DNA from: Candidatus Latescibacterota bacterium
Lineage (GTDB): Bacteria; Latescibacterota; UBA2968
NCBI GenBank assembly: GCA_038279365.1
Contig: JAYODI010000001.1
Coordinates: 118,127 to 182,126 of the forward strand
Direction of reading: 5' to 3'
DNA length: 64,000 nucleotides
Shown: piece after piece, positions 56,407 to 64,000 of the stretch
Layout of the letters: each line of letters starts with the position of its first letter
How positions within the stretch are numbered: the first letter of the stretch is position 1
Notes under the pieces: model-generated
What the model saw: only the letters and a program-made list of their open reading frames with translations
Told to the model about the DNA's origin: nothing
Databases searched by the model: none
Program-made: the position numbers and the translations under genes

Positions 56407-56441
56407 GCCCAGAAGATGTGTGTGACTTCTGGGCATTTTTT
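56407..56441 (+). terminator. Terminator
   Basis: gcccagaag...cttctgggc followed by a T-run. Confidence 0.7.
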
Positions 56442-56573
56442 ATGCCAAGTTAGAACCCTGTTGGAATCATATATTCGTTATTTCTCCTTGACTTTCAGTA
56501 TTGTAATTTGTATTACGATATATCATTTGGAGAATATATTTGTTTCATTCATAACATTTGAAAGGGATGAGGT

Positions 56574-57124
56574 ATGCCTTCGGAGATTAGCAAATCCTCA
56601 GAGTCTGTAAGTGAAGTTATTTTGAGCATTTGCAGGGAGGTTCACAGCACAATGGTTGGATTAAGTGGATTGCTGTGAGTGCCATGATTATGGCTCTTTT
56701 TTCGGCCATTGGCGCATTGTTGGCGGGAATTACGGCCAATGATTCGTTAATGGAGCGAACGGAGGAAGTGCTTGAGGTCTCTCGTATGGCGAATGACGAG
56801 CTTCATGTTGAGGTGTTGCGCACCAAACATGAACTTTTGAAATCATTGGGAAAAATGCCCGCCGAATCAGAACTTGCAAGGATCCACGCCTATGAAACAG
56901 ACGCGGCAAAATTAAAACTGGCTGTTCAAAAAGAGGAAATGCTGGTTCGCTTGTCGAGTTATAAACACGAAATTTTTGCCATTGGTGTGACCCTACTTGC
57001 TATGGCTATTTCTTTGAGTGGGATGGCCATTGTGGTAGGGCGGAATGGTTTGTGGCATGTGGGAATTGTTTTTGGTGTGTTGGGGTGTGGTTTTGTGGCG
57101 TTTGGGGTGTATCAACTTTTGTAG
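56574..57124 (+). CDS. DUF4337-like membrane protein, apparent frameshift near 56620
   Basis: Three TM segments with a coiled linker (WIAVSAMIMA...; FAIGVTLLAMAISLSG); ATG 56574 is out of frame with the main ORF (TTG 56630) across a T4 run. Confidence 0.55.
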
Positions 57125-57135
57125 AGGTGGGCATC

Positions 57136-58278
57136 ATGTCTGATCTCATTTATTTGGATTACAATGCAACAACACCACACGACCCAGACGTTATTGAGGC
57201 GATGCGGCCGTTTTTAGAAATACATTTTGGAAACCCATCGAGTACGCATAAGTACGGTCAGATAACCCATCGAGCCGTTGAAACTGCGCGGGTACAAGTG
57301 GCACAGATGCTAAAGTGCGTGCCCCATGAGGTGGTGTTTACAGGTGGGGGCACAGAGGCGAATAATTTTGCGCTCAAAGGTTTGGCATTTGCGCGGAGTG
57401 ATTTGGGCAATCATATTGTGACCACGCAAATTGAACATCCTGCGGTGAGTGAGGTGTGTGCGTGGCTGGAAACACAAGGTTTTGAAGTCACGTATTTGCC
57501 AGTGGATGAAATGGGGCGTGTGGATGTGTCCGATGTTGAAGCGGCATTGTTACCCGAAACAATTTTGATCAGTGTGATGCATGCCAATAATGAAGTGGGC
57601 ACCATTCAACCAATAGAAGAGATTGCTGCTCTATCGCAAGACCGGCAGATTGCTTTTCACACGGATGCGGCTCAGTCTGTGGGCAAAATAGGTGTGGATG
57701 TTCAAACTTTGGGTGTGGATCTTTTGTCGGTTGCCGGACACAAGTTATATGCGCCCAAAGGAGTTGGGGTTTTGTTTGTGAGAGATGGTATTGAATTGGA
57801 AAAATTTATGCACGGAGCTGGGCATGAAATGGGTTGGCGTGCTGGGACTGAAAATGTGTTGGAGATTGTTGGGTTAGGCAAAGCATGTGAGATTATTACA
57901 ACAGATTTGGAGGCACATCATGCACACCAGAGAAAATTGCGCGATCATTTAGAAAATACTTTGTTGGCGAGGGTGCCAGACACACAAATTAATGGTCATT
58001 TGGAATATCGACTGCCCAATACGTTGAGTATTTCTTTTTTAGGTGTGAATGCGGATAATCTGTTGGCGGAAATGAAAGATGGCATTGCGGCTTCTGCGGG
58101 GGCTGCGTGCCACTCGGGTGGTGTTCACGTGTCGCAGGTTCTTTCGGCAATGAAAGTACCTACGGAATGGGCAAGAGGAACATTGCGATTGTCTGTGGGG
58201 CGATTTACAACATTGGATGATGTGGATCGGGCTGGAGAGATTGTGGTGAAAGCAATTGAAAAATTGCGCGCAAAATAG
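57136..58278 (+). CDS. Cysteine desulfurase (IscS/NifS group I)
   Basis: YLDYNATT, GNPSS, FTGGGTEANN, HANNEVG, HTDAAQ, GHKLYAPKG, RAGTEN, SAGAACHS. Confidence 0.93.
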   Translation: MSDLIYLDYNATTPHDPDVIEAMRPFLEIHFGNPSSTHKYGQITHRAVETARVQVAQMLKCVPHEVVFTGGGTEANNFALKGLAFARSDLGNHIVTTQIEHPAVSEVCAWLETQGFEVTYLPVDEMGRVDVSDVEAALLPETILISVMHANNEVGTIQPIEEIAALSQDRQIAFHTDAAQSVGKIGVDVQTLGVDLLSVAGHKLYAPKGVGVLFVRDGIELEKFMHGAGHEMGWRAGTENVLEIVGLGKACEIITTDLEAHHAHQRKLRDHLENTLLARVPDTQINGHLEYRLPNTLSISFLGVNADNLLAEMKDGIAASAGAACHSGGVHVSQVLSAMKVPTEWARGTLRLSVGRFTTLDDVDRAGEIVVKAIEKLRAK

Positions 58279-58318
58279 TGGAAGACAAGCCAAGGTAGCC
58301 TTTTTAAAGGAGCGGGTT

Positions 58319-59290
58319 ATGCAAGACCTGAAGATGCGCGTGGCATTGGGCCAGTTTAATGAACTGACCGATGAAATGTTGATTTATGTCAAACAGTTGG
58401 GGGCCAATGATTTTTTGATGAACACCCCAAGATTGCCTGGGGAAAATCAGTGGGAGTACGAAGATTTAAAAGCCTTGGTAGACAAATCGACACAGCATGG
58501 TGTGCGCTTGATGGCACTTGAAAATGTGCCCGTGCATTATTATGAAAAGGCGATGTTGGGTTTGCCAGGTCGCGATGAGCAGATCGCACACATGAGTACC
58601 ACCATTCGCAATATGGGCAAGGCTGGGATTCCAATTTTAGGGTATCACTGGATGCCCAATAAAGTATGGCGAACACCCGACCCAGCAACCCTGCGGGGCG
58701 GGGCCAAAGGCACAAGGTTTAATTTGGATGAACACAAAGATGCCCCCTTGACTCATGAACGGGTTTATGATGCCGATGAAATGTGGGATAATTACGCATA
58801 TTATTTGGAGCGCATTTTACCTGTGGCAGAAGAGGCGGGTGTGACGTTGGCGTTGCATCCTGATGATCCACCTGTAGAAACTTTGGGTGGGGTTGCACGT
58901 ATTTTTCGCAATTTTGACTGTTTCAAGCGGGCAATGGATAGCTTTGACAGCCCCAATCATGGCTTGGATTTTTGTATGGGCTGCTGGTCTGAGATGGGGC
59001 CTGACGGTGTCATTCCTGCCATTCGTCATTTTGGTGAGCGTAAAAAACTCGTTTATATTCACATGCGCGATGTGCAAGGTCAGGTGCCCTGTTTTAATGA
59101 GTGTTTTATTGACGAAGGGAACTTGAATGTGTTTGAAGTGGTTAAGGCGCTTAAAGAAGTGAATTTTACGGGTTTTATTATTGACGATCATGTGCCTCGT
59201 ATGATAGACGATACCCCTTGGGGGCATCGGGGGCGGGCATATGCTATTGGGTATATTCGCGCTTTGATTGATGTGGTGGAGAAGTTGTAA
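58319..59290 (+). CDS. uxuA: Mannonate dehydratase
   Basis: LPGRDEQI, YHWM, ALHPDDPP, FCMG, HMRDV, DHVP. Confidence 0.85.
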   Translation: MQDLKMRVALGQFNELTDEMLIYVKQLGANDFLMNTPRLPGENQWEYEDLKALVDKSTQHGVRLMALENVPVHYYEKAMLGLPGRDEQIAHMSTTIRNMGKAGIPILGYHWMPNKVWRTPDPATLRGGAKGTRFNLDEHKDAPLTHERVYDADEMWDNYAYYLERILPVAEEAGVTLALHPDDPPVETLGGVARIFRNFDCFKRAMDSFDSPNHGLDFCMGCWSEMGPDGVIPAIRHFGERKKLVYIHMRDVQGQVPCFNECFIDEGNLNVFEVVKALKEVNFTGFIIDDHVPRMIDDTPWGHRGRAYAIGYIRALIDVVEKL

Positions 59291-59367
59291 TGGGCAAATT
59301 ATAACAACGTCGCGTTGCGTCCAATGGTTTGTGTGGGTTCATCCCGTGGGCATTTTTTGAGTTAAAA

Positions 59368-59492
59368 AGCTTTCTGCCATCAGCTTTCAGCCATCAGCCA
59401 TCAGCCATCAGCTTTCAGCTTTCAGCCTGTCATCTGGTCTTTGGGTTATGGTTTTTTGCTGACTACTGACTACTGACTGCTGACTGCTGACC
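59368..59492. repeat. Heptamer tandem repeats in inverted orientation
   Basis: TCAGCCA/TCAGCTT units at 59368-59427 and GCTGACT/ACTGACT units at 59458-59492. Confidence 0.8.
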
Positions 59493-59529
59493 GCCTAACC
59501 ACAATTTGATACACCAAGCCTCATTTTTC

Positions 59530-59563
59530 AAAAACGCAGAAGATTTTTGTCCTCTGCGTTTTT
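59530..59563. terminator. Bidirectional terminator
   Basis: aaaaacgcaga...tctgcgttttt. Confidence 0.7.
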
Positions 59564-61491
59564 TATGTACTGGCAATTTCAGACCCTCTATCTGTGAGCG
59601 CATAGGTTCTGGCACTGCCGCGTTTTTGCCACGTGAGATATCCCATTTCGGCCAGTTTGCGCAAATCATTTTGCAAGGTGCGTTTTGATTTGCCCATGCC
59701 TTCTGAGAGTGTGTTGCTTTGTGCAAAGAGGTCGTCTACCGTACAGGTGTTGGCTGCTTGGTGAACAAGTGTAATGATTTCTTGTTGGCGCACACTCAGA
59801 ACGGATGGCATGGTACGTGGTGTTTGAATGCCAAAGGCTTGTTCGATATGTTCTGCGGTGATGGTGCTGCCGTGTGCATAAATGGCCACGGCGCGTTCGA
59901 TGACATGTTGTAGCTCGCGGATATTTCCTGGCCAGGTGTGGGCAAGCAAACGATCCAAAGCACCGCGCGAAATTTTGGCAGGTGAGGCTTGGGTGCGTGC
60001 GGCGATGGTATGTAGAAAGTGATTGGCCAGCAATGGAATGTCTTCGAGGCGTTCACGCAATGGCGGAAGATTGATGGGTAAAACATTGAGGCGATAATAA
60101 AAGTCTTCTCGAAAAACGCCTTCGGCAACGAGGCTTTCGAGGTCGCGATTGGTGGCCGCTATGATGCGCACATCGGTGGTGAATATTTCGGTACCACCGA
60201 CGCGTTCATACTCTCGGTTTTCGAGTACGCGAAGGAGTTTGATTTGGGTGGTGAGGGGAATGTCACCAGCTTCGTCTAAAAACAAAGTACCGCCATTGGC
60301 GCGTTCAAAACGACCTGGTTTGGTTTGGTCGGCTCCGGTGAACGCGCCTTTTTCGTGCCCAAACAACTCGGTTTCGAGCAGGCTTTCGGAAAAAGCGGCG
60401 CAGTTGACGGCCACAAAAGGTTTGTTTCGACGTGGGCTGCTGTTGTGCAGGGCACGGGCAACGAGTTCTTTGCCCGTACCTGAGGCACCGCGAATGAGCA
60501 CGGTGAGATCTGTGCTGGCTATTTGTTGCACAATTTCATAAACCCGACGCATTTGGGGGCTGTTGCCAATAAGGTCATGATAACCACCTTCAAGTTCTTG
60601 AAGGCGTGTTTCGAGAGTTTTGATGCGCTCTTGGAAGTACTCAAGGTCGCGTCTGTGTAGTGTGTCATAAATGGTTTGAACTTGGTCAAGTATGTGATCG
60701 GGGTTTTCTGTGCGTCTGAGATGTACGTTGGGTTTCCAGGTGACTGTCCAGGTGTGTTGACAAGTGGTTTGGAGGGTGTATTGTTGGGCCAGTGATTGGC
60801 GTTCAATAGAAGGTGTGATGCGTACGGCCCGTATTTGTTGGGCAAATGTACGCAGGCCCAGTTGAATGGTGCCTTGTATTTGTAGTGCCATGATTTGAAA
60901 ATAAATACCAATATCTTGCACCAAGCCCAGTTTGGCCAAGTGGGAAAGGGTTTGGTTTTGGTTGTTGTATTGAAGTGAAACTTCGAGTGTGTGACTGGAT
61001 GTAAATTGGCTGGTGACTTGGAAGAGGTTGGCGGGAAAGATTTTGTCGAGCATCATGGGCGAGAGGGCTTGTACTAAGAGGCCAATGTTGCGGTCATCTT
61101 GGTTTTGGGGTAAGGCTGAAACAAGCAGTTGGGTGAGACTTAAAACATCGGTTTCTGGGTTGATATACAAACCGCCTCCGTTGCGTCCTACTTCAATTGG
61201 AAATGTGAGGAGATTGGGGCGATTGATGTGTTGAAAAATAAACGCATAAAAATATTGGATAACATGGAAATATGTGAACCCACGGCCTTGAAGCAAGAGG
61301 TCACATTCGTCTTGGTCGATGCGTGTGCGAAGGTCTTGAATGAGTTGTTTGGCAATTGATGTGTGATTGGCTTGGAGGGTGTGATAGATGGTTTGTGTCA
61401 ATCGGGAACTGACAGCGAGGGGTTCTTGAATATCGGCGGTGAGTCCTGTGTGGCGCATGGCTTGATGTAGGTGGCTTAAGTCGTTTACCAC
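59563..61491 (-). CDS. Sigma54-dependent enhancer-binding protein with unknown N-terminal sensor and C-terminal winged helix
   Basis: GASGTGKE, ELFGHEKGAFTGA, GTLFLDE, FREDFYYRLNV, WPGNIREL; GTG start with AGGAGG RBS. Confidence 0.92.
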   Translation of the reverse strand: MVNDLSHLHQAMRHTGLTADIQEPLAVSSRLTQTIYHTLQANHTSIAKQLIQDLRTRIDQDECDLLLQGRGFTYFHVIQYFYAFIFQHINRPNLLTFPIEVGRNGGGLYINPETDVLSLTQLLVSALPQNQDDRNIGLLVQALSPMMLDKIFPANLFQVTSQFTSSHTLEVSLQYNNQNQTLSHLAKLGLVQDIGIYFQIMALQIQGTIQLGLRTFAQQIRAVRITPSIERQSLAQQYTLQTTCQHTWTVTWKPNVHLRRTENPDHILDQVQTIYDTLHRRDLEYFQERIKTLETRLQELEGGYHDLIGNSPQMRRVYEIVQQIASTDLTVLIRGASGTGKELVARALHNSSPRRNKPFVAVNCAAFSESLLETELFGHEKGAFTGADQTKPGRFERANGGTLFLDEAGDIPLTTQIKLLRVLENREYERVGGTEIFTTDVRIIAATNRDLESLVAEGVFREDFYYRLNVLPINLPPLRERLEDIPLLANHFLHTIAARTQASPAKISRGALDRLLAHTWPGNIRELQHVIERAVAIYAHGSTITAEHIEQAFGIQTPRTMPSVLSVRQQEIITLVHQAANTCTVDDLFAQSNTLSEGMGKSKRTLQNDLRKLAEMGYLTWQKRGSARTYALTDRGSEIAST

Positions 61492-61700
61492 AACAACCTC
61501 CTAATGTGGGTGATTGATCCATAAACCTAAATCACAGTTGAAATCAGATGGATACAGATCTGTTTTTATCTAAATGTGCAATAATACGCATTAATATGAC
61601 AAATAGTGCAAAGTCACGCAATGTTTTTTGCCAGTGATCCTACAAGTTGTTTTAGTAGCAACTATTTGTTTATAAACGCCATATGTGTTTTGGGTGGAAG

Positions 61701-61717
61701 TTGGCATTCTTCTTGCA
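61701..61717 (+). promoter_or_regulatory. Sigma54 (-24/-12) promoter
   Basis: TTGGCATTCTTCTTGCA, GG-N10-GC spacing, divergent from the bEBP gene. Confidence 0.8.
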
Positions 61718-61761
61718 AAGTGATATTGCGAAATTGAGGCCATTTTGTTTGGGAGGAAGAC

Positions 61762-61815
61762 ATGAAATTGATCGGTATGTTATTGGTGATGTGTAGTTTG
61801 TATTTGATGGGGTGA
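61762..61815 (+). other. 17-codon ORF resembling a lipoprotein signal peptide (MKLIGMLLVMCSLYLMG*)
   Basis: GGGAGG RBS at 61751-61756; TGA sits where the lipobox Cys (LMG-C) would be. Confidence 0.5.
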
Positions 61816-62085
61816 TGGGTATGTGACAGTTTTTTTTAAATGGTCACTGTCGCGAGGGATTTCTGTGAGAAAGAGCGTTTTAACAGGCAGGGAGTGATGC
61901 TTATGGTGAGAAACACGGTGCGTAAAGTGGCGATTGGTGGTATTGGTCGCGTGTGTGACTTGTCTCAATTTGATACGTGGTTTGCTTATGGCATGTTTTC
62001 GTGTCGTGTGTTGGCTGTGTGGATGAATACCACATCGGGTTTAAAGCTTGTGATGCATGGATTTTAGGCCATGTCTTTGGGCCTT

Positions 62086-62165
62086 GCCCTCACCCTGTCA
62101 ACTTTCTCTATACAGACCTTGTGCAGAGAAAGGATTAGGTTCGCCTAATCGGGTGAGGGTTTTTT
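62086..62165 (+). repeat. Three-way-junction REP-like/terminator element
   Basis: Outer stem gccctcaccc/gggtgagggt enclosing two hairpins (ctttctct..agagaaag; gattagg-ttcg-cctaatc), then a T-run. Confidence 0.65.
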
Positions 62166-62239
62166 ACTTTCCTTTCTTATTTGACTACACTATTTTTAAC
62201 CTCTCAAGTGTTTTACGATGACATTATTGGAGGTTAGAT

Positions 62240-62809
62240 ATGGATGTGATGGAAGCCATTCGTTCACGGCGCTCAATCTTTAAATTTAAACCCGAACCTG
62301 TGCCTAAAGATGTGATTGAACGGATTTATGAAGCAGGTATTTGGGCGCCAAATCACCGATTGACAGAGCCGTGGCGCTTTATTGTGATTGGTGAAGCGAC
62401 CAAAGAAATTTTGGCACAACGCTACAGCGAAATTCAAGAGGCCAAAGCCGCTGCTGGTGCAAGTAGCGAGGCTCGAGAAGCTTTGAAAAAGGCGGGGTAC
62501 GCCAAATTTATGTCTAAACCTACTATTGTGGCTGTGGTGTGTTTGCAAGATGGCGATGAGATCAAAAAGCGCGAAGACTATGCCGCAGTGTGTTGTGCCA
62601 TGCAAAATGTGGCTCTGGCAGGGTGGGCTGAAGGGGTGGGGATGCAGTGGAGTACGGGGCCGATTACTTTGGAAGAAAATACATTTCAGTTGCTGGGGGT
62701 GAACCCCAAGAATGAATATATCATTGGCTTTTTTTATACGGGATATCCTGATGAGGTATTGGTGCCAAGGCGAAAACCTTTGGCAGATGTGCTTCGCTGG
62801 ACGGAATAG
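62240..62809 (+). CDS. Nitroreductase family protein (YdjA-like)
   Basis: IRSRRSI, WAPNHRLTEPWRF, MQNVALA, WSTG, GYP. Confidence 0.92.
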   Translation: MDVMEAIRSRRSIFKFKPEPVPKDVIERIYEAGIWAPNHRLTEPWRFIVIGEATKEILAQRYSEIQEAKAAAGASSEAREALKKAGYAKFMSKPTIVAVVCLQDGDEIKKREDYAAVCCAMQNVALAGWAEGVGMQWSTGPITLEENTFQLLGVNPKNEYIIGFFYTGYPDEVLVPRRKPLADVLRWTE

Positions 62810-62881
62810 GTTTCTTTGGTGATATGTACGTATTGTGATTCATAAATATTACTTTTTCTGCAATATGTGGATGTGGGGGTT

Positions 62882-62914
62882 TAAAGCGTGTCTGGTCATT
62901 CAGACACGCTTTTT
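62882..62914 (+). terminator. Terminator
   Basis: aaagcgtgtctg-gtcatt-cagacacgcttttt. Confidence 0.8.
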
Positions 62915-63010
62915 ATTTAGTGTGAAGCCCGTGGGTGTATACACGATGTTGTAGCTTTATTTTTATTTATACACAATATCGTTTATGCGCTCATTGGGCG
63001 ATACTTTCGA

Positions 63011-63026
63011 TGGCATTGTATTTGCG
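63011..63026 (+). promoter_or_regulatory. Sigma54 promoter candidate upstream of the MCP
   Basis: TGGCATTGTATTTGCG, GG-N10-GC. Confidence 0.6.
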
Positions 63027-63045
63027 ATATGTATTGGCATATGAT

Positions 63046-63072
63046 TAAATTTAGCAAACTAAATGTCGATAT
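63046..63072 (+). promoter_or_regulatory. Sigma28 promoter upstream of the MCP
   Basis: TAAA-N15-GTCGATAT, the same -10 variant as at 4442. Confidence 0.7.
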
Positions 63073-63199
63073 TCTAAAGAGATATCTTCAAATTGCATCG
63101 TTTGTTTTTTTAAGGTCTTATGCAGAATTTGGCATGAAATTTAGTATTGTGTGCAAAATTTGACACATTTTAAGTTGAAGTGAAAGGATGGGTGTTGGC

Positions 63200-64000
63200 A
63201 TGTCTATTAAGCAAAAACTACTGGGTGCCTTTTGTTTTATCAGCTTGTTGTTGGTTGGGCAACTTCTAGAGAGTTGGATGATGTCGAATAAGGGGATTGA
63301 GGCAATTGAACGTGCACGGAGTCACGGATATGCGGGTGCTTTTCTTGCCAAAGAGATAGAATTGGATGTGGTGCAGGTGCAGCAGTGGTTAACAGATATT
63401 AGTGCCACGCGAGGTGTTGAAGGTTTTGATGACGGTTTTGATGAGGCGGCCAAATATGCCGATCAGTTTCGGACACATATTGCTGAGTTGGAGCGCATAT
63501 TTCCCGAACGTGCCGATTCTTTTGAGGAGGCCAGCAAAGCATTTGAGGCTTTTTATGAGCGCGGTCGATGGATGGCTCAAAAATATATTGATGGGGGGCC
63601 TCCGTCGGGTAACGTTGCCATGGAGGTGTTCGATACGGACGCAGAGGCGATGGCCACGGCGCTTCATGGAATGTTAGAGACCATGCGTGAACGTGCAGAA
63701 AGCGATATTCAAGAAGCGATCGATACAAGCAAGGCCAGTTTGCAATGGGGTATGACATTTACGGTGATCATTATTGTTTTGACAATTGGCATTGCACTGG
63801 TAATGGCCTCAAAAATTGCCAACCCAATTCAACGCATTACGGACATTGCAAACCATTTGGCACAAGGAGATTTGAACCAACAAGTGACCATTCGGCAAAG
63901 TGATGAAATTGGACGATTGGCCGAGGCTTTTAGACAATTGATACTTTATATTCAGAATGTGTCTTCGGCTGCTGGTGCTTTGAGTGAGGGAGATTTGACC
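63200..64000 (+). CDS. Methyl-accepting chemotaxis protein / HAMP sensor, 5' part (truncated by the window end; not in the ORF track)
   Basis: MSIKQKLLGAF TM1, periplasmic LDVVQVQQWLTDISATRG, TM2, HAMP PIQRITDIANHLAQGDL...DEIGRLAEAF; open to the end. Confidence 0.85.
   Translation, partial: MSIKQKLLGAFCFISLLLVGQLLESWMMSNKGIEAIERARSHGYAGAFLAKEIELDVVQVQQWLTDISATRGVEGFDDGFDEAAKYADQFRTHIAELERIFPERADSFEEASKAFEAFYERGRWMAQKYIDGGPPSGNVAMEVFDTDAEAMATALHGMLETMRERAESDIQEAIDTSKASLQWGMTFTVIIIVLTIGIALVMASKIANPIQRITDIANHLAQGDLNQQVTIRQSDEIGRLAEAFRQLILYIQNVSSAAGALSEGDLT

Noticed and set aside
61813-61896. Selenocysteine read-through of the TGA in the 17-codon ORF
   Set aside because: No recognisable SECIS-like hairpin immediately downstream, and the read-through peptide is short and not protein-like

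Overview
Bacterial chromosomal window of moderate GC and dense coding, with about 55 CDSs and no rRNA, tRNA or CRISPR array seen. The gene content (many PhyH, Gfo/Idh/MocA and Ldh_2 enzymes, short inverted tandem repeats) is reminiscent of uncultured Latescibacterota-like marine bacteria, which is an inference only. Recognisable housekeeping/metabolic genes: ispH, dapA-dapB under a lysine riboswitch, cysC, kbl, queF, a ychF-like gene, an IscS/NifS-like desulfurase, uxuA, and an MCP cut by the window end. The most notable locus is a compact six-gene biosynthetic operon (5334-16518): LCM-type methyltransferase, B12-radical SAM, monomodular C-A-T-TE NRPS with a tyrosine-type pocket code, GT1 glycosyltransferase, 2x cNMP-patatin, and a flippase-like membrane protein. 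It is bracketed by an identical 31-bp direct repeat and is predicted to make a methylated, glycosylated N-acyl-tyrosine membrane lipid. Other oddities: an M28 peptidase-AAC(3) acetyltransferase fusion; a 1439-aa M20 peptidase-HEAT-like protein; an M16B heterodimer split by duplicated PhyH genes; a tandem dead/active QueF pair resembling a split bimodular QueF; an atypical sigma54 activator facing a sigma54 promoter followed by a 17-codon signal-peptide stub; sigma28 promoters on orphan genes; a MITE; and two apparent pseudogenes. All calls come from motif reading by eye; no database searches were run.
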